From positions 276,305 through 340,304 of the forward strand of contig MU054823.1 in NCBI GenBank assembly GCA_013239625.1: a DNA stretch of 64,000 nucleotides, written 5' to 3'. Shown in pieces: positions 37,201 through 48,945 of this stretch. The notes beneath the pieces were generated by a model. That model had not been told where the DNA came from. It worked only from the letters and a program-made list of their open reading frames with translations, and did no database searches. The translations under genes were made by a program, and so were the position numbers. Every line of letters starts with the position of its first letter. Position 1 is the first letter of the stretch. The stretch is from Lama guanicoe. Lineage: Eukaryota.

Positions 37201-40200
37201 CCACAGGAAGCCTGCCTCCTTCCTCCCACCTGCTCTCTTCAGGGTCCTGGCTCCTGACCACCCTAGGATGAAAAGGAGGACAGAAAGACCTGTGACGGCA
37301 GAGGGGGAGACCCTGTGGCCCCCCCCCCCGGGACCCCCGCCCCACCCCCTCGAAGCCTGACTCTAGGCCCAGGGAACTAGGCGGGAGGGTCAGAGGGCTG
37401 GACCAGAGAGTGGAGGCGAGGGTAGAGGTAGGGGAGGGAAAGCAAGAGGAGGAGTCGGGCTGGAATCTCCACAATGCTCAGTCCTCAAGGCACCAGCGGC
37501 CGCAGGCCTGCTGAACAATGCAGGTTTGAGTTCAATTAAAGCGATTATCTGTTGTGCCAAATAAACTGTGTACAGCATACACCCTGCGGCACTTTACACC
37601 TCCAGGCTCGTCATTCCCTAACTGCTGCCTCCTGTTTCTGCGCTCTCAAATTAAACTGCTGATAATATGCGCCAAAATAAAAAATGAGCGCACCTTGTCC
37701 CAAGAAAATTGATTCTCCCTTTTCCTGAACCGGCGATTGCCAGGTTTTATATACTCTGTTCCTGGTGATCATTAGTAATTCAATTTTCTTTTTATTAGTC
37801 CCCTTATCTGCTGAGCAATATAGTGGCAGAGCTGNNNNNNNNNNNNNNNNNNNNNNNNNNNNNNNNNNNNNNNNNNNNNNNNNNNNNNNNNNNNNNNNNN
37901 NNNNNNNNNNNNNNNNNNNNNNNNNNNNNNNNNNNNNNNNNNNNNNNNNNNNNNNNNNNNNNNNNNNNNNNNNNNNNNNNNNGATTGAACGCAGCAATTA
38001 CACTGCAATGGTAACTCAAGGGAGANNNNNNNNNNNNNNNNNNNNNNNNNNNNNNNNNNNNNNNNNNNNNNNNNNNNNNNNNNNNNNNNNNNNNNNNNNN
38101 NNNNNNNNNNNNNNNNNNNNNNNNNNNNNNNNNNNNNNNNNNNNNNNNNNNNNNNNNNNNNNNNNNNNNNNNNNNNNNNNNNNNNNNNNTCTTTCACATA
38201 AAGAGGAAATTAGGCAATCAATTACCAGAAAAAGGTGGATGAGGGATAAGAGGGGCAAGCGCGCCCTCTGCTGGCCACTGAGAAGCACAGCGGGGCTGAA
38301 GGGGGAAGCCCATCTCTCCCCACCCGTCCCTCTCATCTCCATCCCCAGAAGAGCAGGAGCCCACAGGGGTCAACTCTGACCTTGCTCAAAGAGGAGGGGC
38401 ACCTGGCACTACGAGTTTGGATGAGGAAACAGGATGAGAGGCCTCAAGGCTACTCAGTGAGGAGGCCACCCAAGCTCCCTGCGCCCATTCCCAGGGAGGC
38501 CCTAGCTCGGGTCTGCACTTTCCAGGAGGCAGGAGAGCACGACCTTGGGCGATGTGGACAGACAGCCCAACAAGCACACAGAGCTGCTCGAGCCCACCGA
38601 GGGAGGGCAGGAAGGCCTCACTCCCTTACCCCAAGACCTACAACACTGAATAACCCTTCCCATCCTCTGGTCCCACCTGCCCTCTGGCCTTGGCCCCTCC
38701 CACCCTCCGGGATGCCGGCCACACGGGACCCCTCTGCCCCTGGAAAAGGCAGTGCTCAGCCCACCCGTGCCCCTGCCTGCGCAGATGTGCCTGCTCGCTC
38801 CTCTCCTCACACAGGTCTCAGTTAAGATGTCCCTCCTCGGAGAAGCCCCCAACTGCCTGGCTAGAGCTGACCACTTCCCAGCAGCACCCCCACGATACTG
38901 CCACCTGCTTCCTCTTCCTCAGAGCGCTTCTGCCTCCAGAAAGCGACTTTCCCACCTTTTAAAGCACCTGCATTTGCGTCCACCGCCCACGGTGCCCCAG
39001 GAGCCAGCACACTGCCTGCACACAGAGGTGCACCACACACTGTCCTTGGCTAGGTGGGGGGAGGGGAGGGGATGGACGGACGGAGGCCAGGTGGGTGGGC
39101 TTGAGAACAGGCAGGTGGAGGGTGGGGATGGATGGAGGATGGAGGGTGCGTGAGGGGAGGATGAATGGGTGGGTGGAAACTTTCTCCAAACCTTTCCCCC
39201 GCAGGGCTTCTGTGCATCGTTCTCCGTGGCTATCACATTCAACTATAACTACGAGCTTATTCATTTGCCTCCCAGTGCAGAGAAATGTGAAGACAGGGAC
39301 TGTGTCTGCCACCTCGGTAGACTCTGCAGCCCCTACCCCACACCCCACACCCCACGGTGCCCACAGAGCAGCGCACCCGCCCTGTCAGCAGTGGCGGCCT
39401 CCACCATCCCCAGCCTACACCCTACTCCGCTCCGGGCCTGAAGAAGGACCAGGCGGTTCACAAGCCAGCAGGGCCTGAGGAAGTGCCCTCCTCCTCCACC
39501 TGGCCTGCTCAGCACACCCACAGGCCCAGTGTCTGGTCCCGGTCAGCCCCTCACCCCTCTGCCATCCACCTGGCAACCAGGGGATTGTCCTAGAATGCAC
39601 CCAGCCCACAAGCCCAGGACGCTGCCCCTACGGCCCCCACCCAGCTCCCCAGCTCCCCTGAGGTCCCTCCGCCAGCGGTTCCTGCAGCAAAGCTGCTGCC
39701 AGGATGTTCCTGTGCCCGAGGCAGCCCTCACACCCCTACCCCCAGCCGCACCAGAGGAAGATTCTGCCCTGCCTCCCGGTGACTGTGGACCGCAATCAGG
39801 ACCACCCTCCAGCCCCACAGGAAAGTCTGGCTCTGCCTGGAGACTTTCTGGTGTCACCCGCCTCCCACCCCATCTGGAGAGGGCTCCTCGAGCCAGCCCT
39901 CAGCCCGTGAGACAGAACGACCTCCTCTACCACGTGGTGCTCCTTCCTTGGGGGCGTCCGCCACACGGACGGCAACAGTCCGTCTCAGCTGTCGGCCCCC
40001 AGACCAGGCTCCGTGGCGGCAGACGCTGCGCAGGCCCGGCAGGGACGGTCGAGGCTCCGCCAAGCTGGGAGAGCAGCTCACATGCGGCAAGAGGTCAGGG
40101 TGTGCCTGCCTGGGTCACCCCACAAACCCCTCAGCGCCCAGCCCTGTCTCAGGACACAGCACCCCGGGAGGCAGGAAGGGAGAAAAAAGGGCCCAGCCCT

Positions 40201-43200
40201 GTCTGCTACAACCCTGCCACACTCAACACCCGACCCAGCAGGTGCTCTGCAAACACACGCTTCCAGGCCCAGCATGGAGGCCTGATGCCCGGCAGACGCC
40301 AACAGCACTTGAGGAACTCCGCCCCCCAGAGAGCACTGGGGCCAGGCAGGGCCCGAGGAGGAGGGACAGGGCCTTGGGCCTCCCCAGCACGCTGCCCTGC
40401 CTGGGAGCTCCTCCCACGAGCCACCTCTTACCACACCCGTCGTCTTGCTGAAATACCGCCTCCACGAGGCGCCCTGCCTGGCTGCCCCGACTCCCTTCAC
40501 CCCAACACACCCTCCTCACGGCCAGCCACCCTAAACGTCTGTTTTTCACTGACCAGCTGGAACGCCGGCCACAGGAGTTCAGGAGGGGACCCCGAACCCC
40601 TGCCCCGGGCCTCCTGGACCTCCAGCACCTGGACAGGATGTGCAGAGGCCTACGGCCACTTCCACCTCCCACAGCCAGCCCTGAGCACCGCCACTGCCTG
40701 CACGCTGCCAGCCCCATGTGGCACCTCATCTGTGGGGACAGATCTCCATCTGCAGCTTCTCTGCACATCCAGCCTCTGGCAGCTGAGACAACATTGTGAT
40801 GGAGAGGATCTGAACAGGGGCTCTGAGTCCCCACAGAGACCCAATGTCCATAGACACCGTCTTCTGGCCTCTCTCCCAGATGCCTCAAGAGGCCACCTGA
40901 ACCCTCCACCTGCCCCCAAACTCCCCGGGGGCTCAGCCGCCGCCACCAGTCTCTCAACCAATCCAATCCATTCAATCGAGGCAGCCTGGCTATAGGTCGG
41001 TCACCTTCGACCTCTTCACTCCCAGTCAGTCCTGCAGCCAAGGCCCAACCCCTGATCCAGGCACCTTGCTGGCCAGCAGGGACCGTCAGTCAGGCTCCCT
41101 GCGCTCTGTCACCTGGGATGAAATCTACACCTGCCATGACACACGGGCCAAAGGAGGGCAGGTGGCAGCCGGTGCCCTCCGGCCTCACTTCCTCATGTCT
41201 CCCCTGTGCCCTGATCAGCCCTCTGCCTGGGACCACCCTCTCATGGCTCCCCGCATAGATGCTCAGCTCTGCCCAAGGCACCCAGCCTTGAAAGCCTCCT
41301 GGCTGGGCCAAGGACAGCGCCTTCAACTGGGCTCTCAGGGCCTGCTCAGCCCCAAACCCCTATCACCTCGAGATCCACACGTGGCCACCTGGGAGTCATG
41401 GCCACTCATTCCCCCACTGCCCAAAGGGGCCACGCCAGGGCCAGGTGCGCCTGCAGGAATCCTGGCTCTCCTTCAGGGCATTGTCATCACCTCACAGTGG
41501 GGAGCCACCCTTGTTGGGCACCATGCCCACAATGCTCCCCACCTCTCTCCTGGACACCAACCACTCGAAAAGAGGGAAAAGCCCACCCCTCCCAGGCCAG
41601 CTCAGGCTTCCCCAGGAAGAGGCAGGAGCCGACAGGGAGGGGATGGTTGACCTGCAGCCCAGGTGGCACCAGTCACGCCCCTCCCCCCTCCAGGTCTCAC
41701 CCACTTCCCAGGGACAGGACACGGAGGGATGTGCTGAAAAGGCCTCCAGGAGCCTGCCTGGAGCATCTTCCCTAGTCAGAGTGCAGGGCACAGAACCCCA
41801 CCCCAACCCCTGCCCAGCCCGGCCCTTCCTGCCCTCCACTGCCCAGGCTGAGCACTCCGAGAGGAGGGCAGGACCAGCGCAGACCCTCTCGGGCAACTCC
41901 CCAGATCCCCTCCTCCCAGTGGTCGTACCTTCCTTGGCAGCAGGGAGCTGGGTCCGGCTGGCAGGCAGGCCGCACAGCCGGTGCCTGGTGACCTGCATCA
42001 GGCCCTTGTTGGGTGTCTTCTTCAGAATGGGGCTGCTCTTCCCCCGGAGGGTCTGCCTCCGCCGCAGGCTGAACTGACTCTTGGCCGCTGCAGCAGGTGG
42101 CGGGCTGCTCTTCTTGTCCCCAGGAAGGCTGCAGAAACACAGGGCAGGCAGCTCTCAGCAGGCTCCCCCAGCGGGTGGCTCCCCACACCCAACCTTAACC
42201 ACCCAGGTCCCAGAGCCATAGAAGCAGCCCCGAGAGGCAGCCAAGCCCCTCTCCTCCCACCCCGCCACTCCCCCCCTGCCCCCAGGTTCCAGCCCTGCCC
42301 CCTTGGCTTTCCCACCCACTCAGCCTCAGCAGCTGTAGGACAGCTGCTCCCTCCCACCCCACCTCAGCACCAGCGAGCACAGGGCAGCAGCCCATGAGCC
42401 CACTCGACGTGTCCACAGCCATCTCCTCCACCTCCCCAAGCCACATGAGCACCAACCTGAGCAGACCTGGAGGAGGAGCAAAGGAGGCAGGCACCATCCG
42501 AGGTGGAGCTGCCCCCAGCCGCCCCTGCCCTCTCCGGAGGAGGGGCTCCCTCTCGTGGCTCCCCTTCCACCCTCACTGAAATAGACCACTGGCCAGAAAA
42601 AGCAAACAGCCCGAGTAATCCAAGCCAGCACCTGTCTGGGAGGAAGGGCCCAAGATCAAGGCCAGACAGCAGGAAGGACCCTGGAGTGGGACTCGCTGGG
42701 AGGATGGCGAGTGTCACCATGTCTGAAGGCACAGGCAGGCCCTCTGACCCCGCCATTAGCAGCAACCTCAATTGAGTCCCTGACCCCAGACTGAGCACCA
42801 GGCCGTGACTCCATCTTCCAGCCTCCTCAAGATCTGAGAATGTGGAGAGTGGGAAAGGCGACAGGCATTCAGTGAGGCAATGACTCACCCTGTCCCCTGG
42901 CTGCCAAGGGGCAGCCTTCCTCCCTAGAGGAAAGACGACTCCTGCAGGTGCACTGCAGCCGGGTCTGCTTGCCGAGCTCCTGGCCCGAGCACAAAGCAGT
43001 CCGTCCACAGCCCCCAGGGTCCCAGGAAGGAAGCCAGCCCGGCAGCCTCTAGTCTCTCACCAACAGGACAAACAGTAGGCTTGCTGGCACCACCTCCACC
43101 TGTTCCCGCCTGGCTGGCGGCCCCAGGCAAGCAGCCCCTAGCCATGCTGAGCCCCCCTCACTCAGCTGTAAGGAACAGCAGGAACCCTGGCCTCATCCCT

Positions 43201-46198
43201 ACCAGATATGTTAACACCACACCGTGGGCCCCATAAGGGCGATGCTTCCTTCCTACCCCTCACCTCTGCAGGTGGGCCCTCCCAGCTCCCACCTGCTCTA
43301 CATATCAAGCAGGGAGCCTGCCTGGCCAGCACACTCCCCACCCTGCCTACTCAGACAAGACCAGGGGTGGTGGCAGGGACACATACCCAGCACCCCCCCG
43401 CCGCCTGATGATCTTGGTGCGGCTCTTCACTTTGTATGCTGAGAGCGGGGTCTCACTGAAGACAGGCTTCAAGCTGCTGTGTCCGACTGCTAGTCGGTCC
43501 CCCGGCGGGGACCTAGACCGGACTGGGGAGAGCTGGAAGGCATGGTCCTTGCTGCCAGCCTCTGACTGCCAATGGAAGGACGACGAGGAGGAGGCCGAGG
43601 GGCTGGAGGCCTTCCACTTGTACTTGCTGGGCGCCGCCCCAGGCATGGAGGACACAGCCGACCTCCTGGGCTTGGCATCTAGGTCGGCACTGAGCTGCAG
43701 CTTCTCCACCCGCTCTGCTGTGGCAAAGGGAGCCTGGCACACATTCTCTGCTGCTGCTCTTGGACTGAGGGCCCTCCGAGGGGCCCGGGGACTCTTCGCC
43801 GAGGCAGCCACCCACTTGTAGTTGTTTTTCCGGAACTTGTTGGTTCGACAGGACACGAGCAGCGAGGGTTCCCGGGTCTGTCTGGGTCCAGCAGCTGGTC
43901 TCGCTGGGCCTGTCACCAAGCCAGAGGCAGCTGACTGATCTGAGCAGCCAGCGTTTGCTCTCCCGTCCCCAAGGAGCTGTGTGACAGAGCTGGCCACAGA
44001 GTGGGAGCCCACCTTCCGGCCCAGGGCCAAGCAGCCCCGCTGGGGCAGGCTGGAGGGCAGGCAGCAGGCCTTGACCGCAATCGCGCTCTCGCTGACCGTC
44101 CGCCGGGGCTCCGAGGGGCTGTCGCTCACGCTGCTCATAGACTTCACCACCCGGGGCTTGCCAGGCTCCTTCTGGCAGACCAGAAGGGGGTCCTCGGCAC
44201 TGTAGCTCCCTTTGGCTCTGCTTGGCCTAGAGAGCTGCCGCTGCCCACCAGGGGGCTCACCCTCACCTCCCTGAGGTCTGTGTTCATATCCATCCACGAA
44301 GCCCCTCAAGACCCCCGCAGCGCTGGCTGAACCCGGCTCTGATGGTGGTTCTATCTTGATGACCATGTTCTGATCTGGACTGAGCTGGACCTGCCTCTCC
44401 AAGACATACTGCTGGGGTTCGGAACCCTGGCTGCCCCCAGCCCCAAGGGATGGCTGCGCAGCACAGTCGCCAGATGGGTCCGAGGATGCCAGGGGCCGAT
44501 TCACCAGGGAGTATTTCTTGCGCCACGTAGGCCCATGGTTCAGGGAGAAACCCCTCTGGTTCGGGCGAGGGTAGCGGGCACTAAAGGCCCTGCTGCTGTT
44601 GTAAGTGGGTGGCTGCCACTGGGGAGCGGTGAAGGTGCCTGGGGCAGAGGCACTGCCATGGAGGTTTTTGTAGTCGTCAATCAGACCTGAGAAGAGAGAA
44701 ACACAGGCTTAGTTAACCAGAGAGTAAGTAAAACCAGCAAGAATCCCCAAGAGGGGCATCCGCTGACAAGACACCCTGCAGACCCCACTGGACCCTGCCA
44801 GGTTCCAGTGCAGGAGGAGCAGCCCCAGGGCCTAAGAACCACTGACAGTTCAGCCCAAACTCTCACGGCCAATCTTTTCCATGAGGCTTTTCCTGTCGGT
44901 TCTACTTCAGTCCTATTTCTGCCTGCTTGTCCTTAAAATGCACATCTGCAGCACAGTATTTCCCATTTGCTGAGAATACAACACTGGGTCCACAACACTT
45001 TGAGGGGACATATCACTCAATATGAAGAGACCAGCAAGGCCCCATGCTGCAATGCCTTGACAAGAAGGGGTCCAGGCGGTCATGGAGGCCCTCTGGCTTG
45101 CCCATGGACAGAAAGGGGGCAGGATTGCACCTTAATGACCTCCCTGCCTGGCACACAGACTGGTGACTGTAAGATAACTGATGCCTCTGGGCACTCCCCA
45201 CTTGACAAGAATGTCACAGCACCCTCCCCTAAGGAGAGGAGAGGCCTGGCCAGCTGGAGCCCCAGCACAGTGGACCACCATGGGGCCTTTCCAGGGAAGC
45301 CCCTGGACAGCTGTCCTGGTGCAGGTGGGGCAAAGGCCTCGGCTGGAACAATCGGAGCTGTTACAACTCAGTCAACAAACCAGTAGCCAACCCCCAAGTT
45401 ATAACATTCCCCAACCACAGGTCCCGCCCCCAGGCCCAAAGAGAGCCATATCCAGACCTGGTGACACATCAGGGCAGGTATGATGGAGATTCAGGAAGCG
45501 GTAGGAAGGCGGGTTCAGCCCTCCTGGACTCCCCCATACACACTTTCCAAGTCCTTAAGTCTTTGTGGGAATAACTAAAAGTAGATTTTTTTTTTAAGGA
45601 TAGAAAGCCAACTTGAGTCAAAAAATTGCAAAGTTTGGAAACTGACGCCTGGGGAATCTGGGCCCAGAACATGAAGGAGAGTGTGGCTGTACGGAGAGAA
45701 GAGCGTCAAAACGGGGTGTCCAGGGAAGAAATACACACGCCAGCCCCCGAGTGCGCCATGCCCGGCAGCGCCAGGGACCAGCCCTCCGCGCCACGGTCAG
45801 GCGCCGGGAGGGAGGAAAGGGGCGCAGAGGACCTGCTCGCCGGTGGGCGGGGGGGGGGCGGGGAACCGCCTCCCGCCGGTTACTAAGCGACCGCTCCGCG
45901 GCCACCTGCCGCAGCGTGGGAAACGCCCGTACCTTCCGCGGGACGAAACCGAGCGACGGCTCTCCCTGGCCGGTCCGAAAGACCCTCCGGGTTCCCTAGC
46001 CCCAGCCGGACCCCACCTTATCTCCCTACCCGACCCGACCTAGCCGCCGAGACCGCAGGTGGAGAGCAACCCCCCTCGGGGAGGTGGACGGGGGCCCGCT
46101 GTGAGGTGAAGGGAAAGAAGGGGACGTGCGACCCGAGCCCGGCCCGACCCACCCTGCAGGAGGCGGATCTGCCGCCGTAATTGCTCCTTTTCCTCCAT
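16114..46198 (-). CDS. ZC3H3: Zinc finger CCCH domain-containing protein 3, 5' part (coding exons 1-4; remaining exons lie beyond the left edge)
   Basis: join(complement 46153-46198, 43387-44686, 41929-42128, 16114-16267). All introns are GT-AG and phases are consistent (1700 nt). Translation MEEKEQLRRQIRLLQGLIDDYKNLHG...RTNKFRKNNYKWVAAS...KVKSRTKIIRRR...KVIKTRYRIVKK...RRLSLSR is recognisable as ZC3H3. Synteny with GSDMD and MROH6 agrees. Confidence 0.95.
22668..22735. repeat. TGCACA/CATG low-complexity alternating purine-pyrimidine tract
   Basis: catgtgcacacagacacaggcatgtgcacatatcagcacaggtgtgcatgtgcacacaca. Confidence 0.6.
24640..24720. mobile_element. MIR SINE core fragment
   Basis: cagacgggaagactgaggcccagagaaggaaagtgactgccc. 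Confidence 0.55.
32500..34700 (+). mobile_element. Old LINE-1 (ORF1 to ORF2 endonuclease region), degenerate
   Basis: tcaatggatggatttaacaacagatta, gaatggctgggaattttccaaatttgacgaaa, tgtagctgtactcatgtcagagaaagaggacttcaaggcaagaagtgttactggagataaaagaggacatttc. Confidence 0.8.
37480..38240. promoter_or_regulatory. Candidate conserved non-coding enhancer in ZC3H3 intron 3
   Basis: Non-repeat AT-rich island with many TAAT/ATTA and ATAAA motifs within GC-rich intron; partly N-masked. Confidence 0.55.
38261..38277 (-). promoter_or_regulatory. CTCF motif
   Basis: Reverse complement TGGCCAGCAGAGGGCGC matches the CTCF core CCASYAGRKGGCRS. Confidence 0.65.
38790..39030. mobile_element. L2 LINE fragment
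   Basis: caggtctcagttaagatgtccctcctcggagaagccc..., L2 3'-like. Confidence 0.45.
41929..42128 (-). CDS. ZC3H3: ZC3H3 coding exon 3
   Basis: Acceptor TTTCTGCAG|C; LPGDKKSSPPPAAAAKSQFSLRRRQTLRGKSSPILKKTPNKGLMQVTRHRLCGLPASRTQLPAAKE; donor G|GTACGA. Confidence 0.92.
43387..44686 (-). CDS. ZC3H3: ZC3H3 coding exon 2 (1300 nt)
   Basis: Acceptor TTCTCAG|GT, open frame including ORF 43347..44504, donor GG|GTATGT. Confidence 0.95.
46153..46198 (-). CDS. ZC3H3: ZC3H3 coding exon 1
   Basis: ATG in strong context (gagATGG); MEEKEQLRRQIRLLQ-G; donor G|GTGGGT. Confidence 0.93.
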
Positions 46199-46404
46199 CT
46201 CTGGAGTCCGCGACGCCCGGCCAGGCCCCCGCGACGTCATCGCCGAGCGACCGTTTCCCCGCGGGCGGGGCGGAGCGGGGGAGGAGCCGAGACTGCGCAC
46301 TGCGGCGAGGCCCGGGCGACTGCCCGGCTGCAGGGGATGATGGGGGAGGGATGGAAGTTGCGCCGTCTCCCTGGCAAGGTCCGGGGAGGCGGGGCCACGC
46401 ACGC

Positions 46405-46473
46405 GCAGAGCGAAGGTCGGGGGGGTACGATCGCTGCAGAGCGAAGGTCGGGGGGTACGATCACTACAGAGCG
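46405..46473. repeat. 30-31 bp tandem duplication (~2.25 copies)
   Basis: gcagagcgaaggtcgggggggtacgatcgct / gcagagcgaaggtcggggggtacgatcact / acagagcg. Confidence 0.9.
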
Positions 46474-46789
46474 CCCGCAGGGCGCATCTCCGCGCCTGCG
46501 GAGGGGGCGTTGCGTCTGGTGGTTCCGGCCCTGGAGAGCTGGGCTCGCCTTTCCGCCACGGGCTCTCGTTCCTTGCAGAACTGTGCGGGGGACCGAGCCC
46601 CAGACTCCACCCGCGCCGCAGCTCCGTTCCTTCCGCGTAGTGTTAAGTTCTGGGGGCTCCGCGGGGGCGGCCTGGTGGCACGAGGGCCCCAGGGGCTCTG
46701 TTGCAGTTGCGCGGGCCAGGACAGGAGACGTCCCAGAACGAGGAGGCCCTGCAGAGACTTGTTAACCTCTGAAAACGTGAGATGTTTTG

Positions 46790-47462
46790 GTTTATTCGTG
46801 GAAACAGGTACAAAAACAGGTGTGTAAACCCCTGTACACTGCTGAGGGGTGTAAAATTGTATGGCCGCTGTGGGGAACGGTCTGGTGGCTCCTCAGAAAG
46901 TTAAAAGTAGAATTACGGTTTGACCCAGCAACTCCACTTCCAGGCATATTTCCTGAAGAAGTGAGAAAATGACTCAAACATACTTGTACGTCAGTTTTGG
47001 ATGAAGCGTTATTCGCGATAGCCAAAGGGTGGAAATAGCCCAAGTGTCCATGAGGATGAGTGGATAAACAGTCTATATCCGTACAATGGAACAGGATTTA
47101 GCCTTGAAAAGAAATGTAGTACTGACCCATGCTACAGCGTGGATGACCCTCAAAAACACTATGCTAAGTGAGATGAACCAATCACAAAAGGACAAATATG
47201 GTAAGCTTCCACTTACATGAGATGTCTAGAATAGGCAAATATATACAGAGAGACAGTAGATTAGAGGTTACCAAGGGCTGATGGAAGGAAAAATGAGGAA
47301 TTAATGCTTAATGGGGACAGTTTCTGTTTGAGGAAAAAGTTCCCTAAATAAACAGTGGTAATCGTTGCACAACACTGTGAATGTACTTAATGCCATTGAG
47401 TTGGACTCTTAAAAATGCTTATATGACAACTTATATGTTGTATATTTTTACCCAATAAAAAA
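46790..47462 (+). mobile_element. LINE-1 3' end (L1MB/MC-like)
   Basis: tgacccagcaactccacttccaggcatat...cccaagtgtcca...gtgaatgtacttaatgccattga...cccaataaaaaaa. Confidence 0.85.
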
Positions 47463-47709
47463 ATGGACAGAATGTGTCTGCCACAGACCTGAACAACAGG
47501 AAATGTTAAGAGGAATTCTTCAGGGTGAAAGGAAAGAGTACAATACGGAAACACCTACATGAAGAAAGAGAACAGGAAATGGGAAATACGTTAGTAATTA
47601 AAAAAAACTCACTTCTTATTTTCTCTAAAAGACAAATAGTTACAGCAAAAATAATAAAAACTGTAGGTTCATAGCATATGCCAGCAATGAGGCGAAGGGT
47701 CACGTGCAC

Positions 47710-48350
47710 TGTGTCTCCTGCAGGTGAAGATGCAGCCACAGGCAGCCTCCCAGATTAGCACTTGAACCTGCCCTAGGGGTTAGTGTTACTCCACTTCACA
47801 TACATCAGGAGGCACCCTGGGGCTTCTTCCACAGTGGTGGCACCAGGCTGGGAAGACCAGGCAATAGAATGGCCCCCTGCACTCAGGCTGTGAGACCTAG
47901 TGAGCCATGGGCCTGGCCCTAACACCTGAACACTGTGTAAGATCCTTGCGCCTTGGAAGACTTGGCACATCTCTGAGGGTGGGGTAGGGGAGTTCTCAGA
48001 GAATGAGTGAAATGGCATTTCCCACTAGGGATCTTGAAAAGCACTTCTTTGGACTTGTCTTGCTTCTCCTGAGAATCTTGCAACCATCCCTTTATGAATG
48101 AGTCAGGGTTGGCCTGCTGGAAGATGGACAGCATGTGCTCAGTTAATACCACTGACCCTCTTGACAGTCAGCCATCTGCCAAACACATGAGGCCATTGGT
48201 TGCCAGCTAGTCACAAAGTCAGTGAACCCAGGTGATAGCACGTGGAGCAGAGATGAGCCTAAGTGTTATAATTTAAAGAAATTCACAGAATTATGAGCAA
48301 ACCAGCAGATGTTGTTTCTGCCACTAAGTTTTGGGGTGATTTCTTAGAAC
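47710..48350. mobile_element. MLT1 LTR (old subfamily) fragments
   Basis: agaattatgagcaaaccagcagatgttgtttctgccactaagttttggggtgatttctta..cagca, MLT1 3' terminus. Confidence 0.55.
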
Positions 48351-48789
48351 AGCACATGGGTGTAGCACAGAACCTATTGGCTTTGGTGCTCGGCAAGCTC
48401 TCTGCTCTTGGACTTCAGTCCTGGGGTGGCGGACGGGAGACAAGGTTTGTGGATTCGTCTCCTGGAGCTGTGAAACTAAATGGCATGTAAGTGCTGCCAC
48501 GGGTAAGTCACTAAAACTGATCTTGACAGTTACGCTTAAAACTCTTTGACACCCATCAAGCTGGCAACGATTAAAACAATCTGCCTTCACAGTGTTGGGG
48601 GCGGAGAGTCACTTCACTACTCACTTTTTGAGCGTTGGCATAGCCTTCCTGAAGGGCGATTTGCAATATGTGCCAAGACCCTGAATACCTTTTGAGGAAA
48701 TGCACTTTTTGGGATTCCCCCAAAGGAAATAATGAATCACATGCAAGGCCTTATGAACGGAAATACCAGGTTCTGAGTTCTTTGCATAC

Positions 48790-48945
48790 ACGGGACAAAA
48801 ATATTGAGTATGCTTTTAGCCCATACAGCATGCCAGGCCCCGCTCTGGTGTTAACACACATTCGTGCAGTGACTCTTGACAGCCACCCTCTCAAGTGTCA
48901 TTTCTGTCCTAGGGATGAGGAGACCAACACAGAGCAGGTCAGTCT
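48790..48945. mobile_element. MIR SINE fragment
   Basis: tattgagtatgct...tgccaggc...ggatgaggagaccaacacagagcaggtcagt. Confidence 0.45.

Larger units (their letters stand above)
45700..46750. promoter_or_regulatory. CpG island / ZC3H3 promoter
   Basis: Dense CpG and GC boxes (GGGGCGG), CRE-like TGACGTCG at ~46232-46239 (minus), surrounding ZC3H3 exon 1. Confidence 0.85.

Noticed and set aside
37791-37796. AATAAA on the ZC3H3 sense strand in intron 3 (possible autoregulatory intronic polyadenylation)
   Set aside because: No GU/U-rich downstream element; the hexamer is common in AT-rich islands.
39529-40995. 488-aa ORF on + strand
   Set aside because: Pro/Ala/Ser/Arg-rich with no recognisable domain, non-ATG start, antisense in a ZC3H3 intron; expected by chance in GC-rich DNA.
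46405-46473. Repeat as a CRISPR-like array
   Set aside because: Eukaryotic locus; units are directly adjacent with no spacers.
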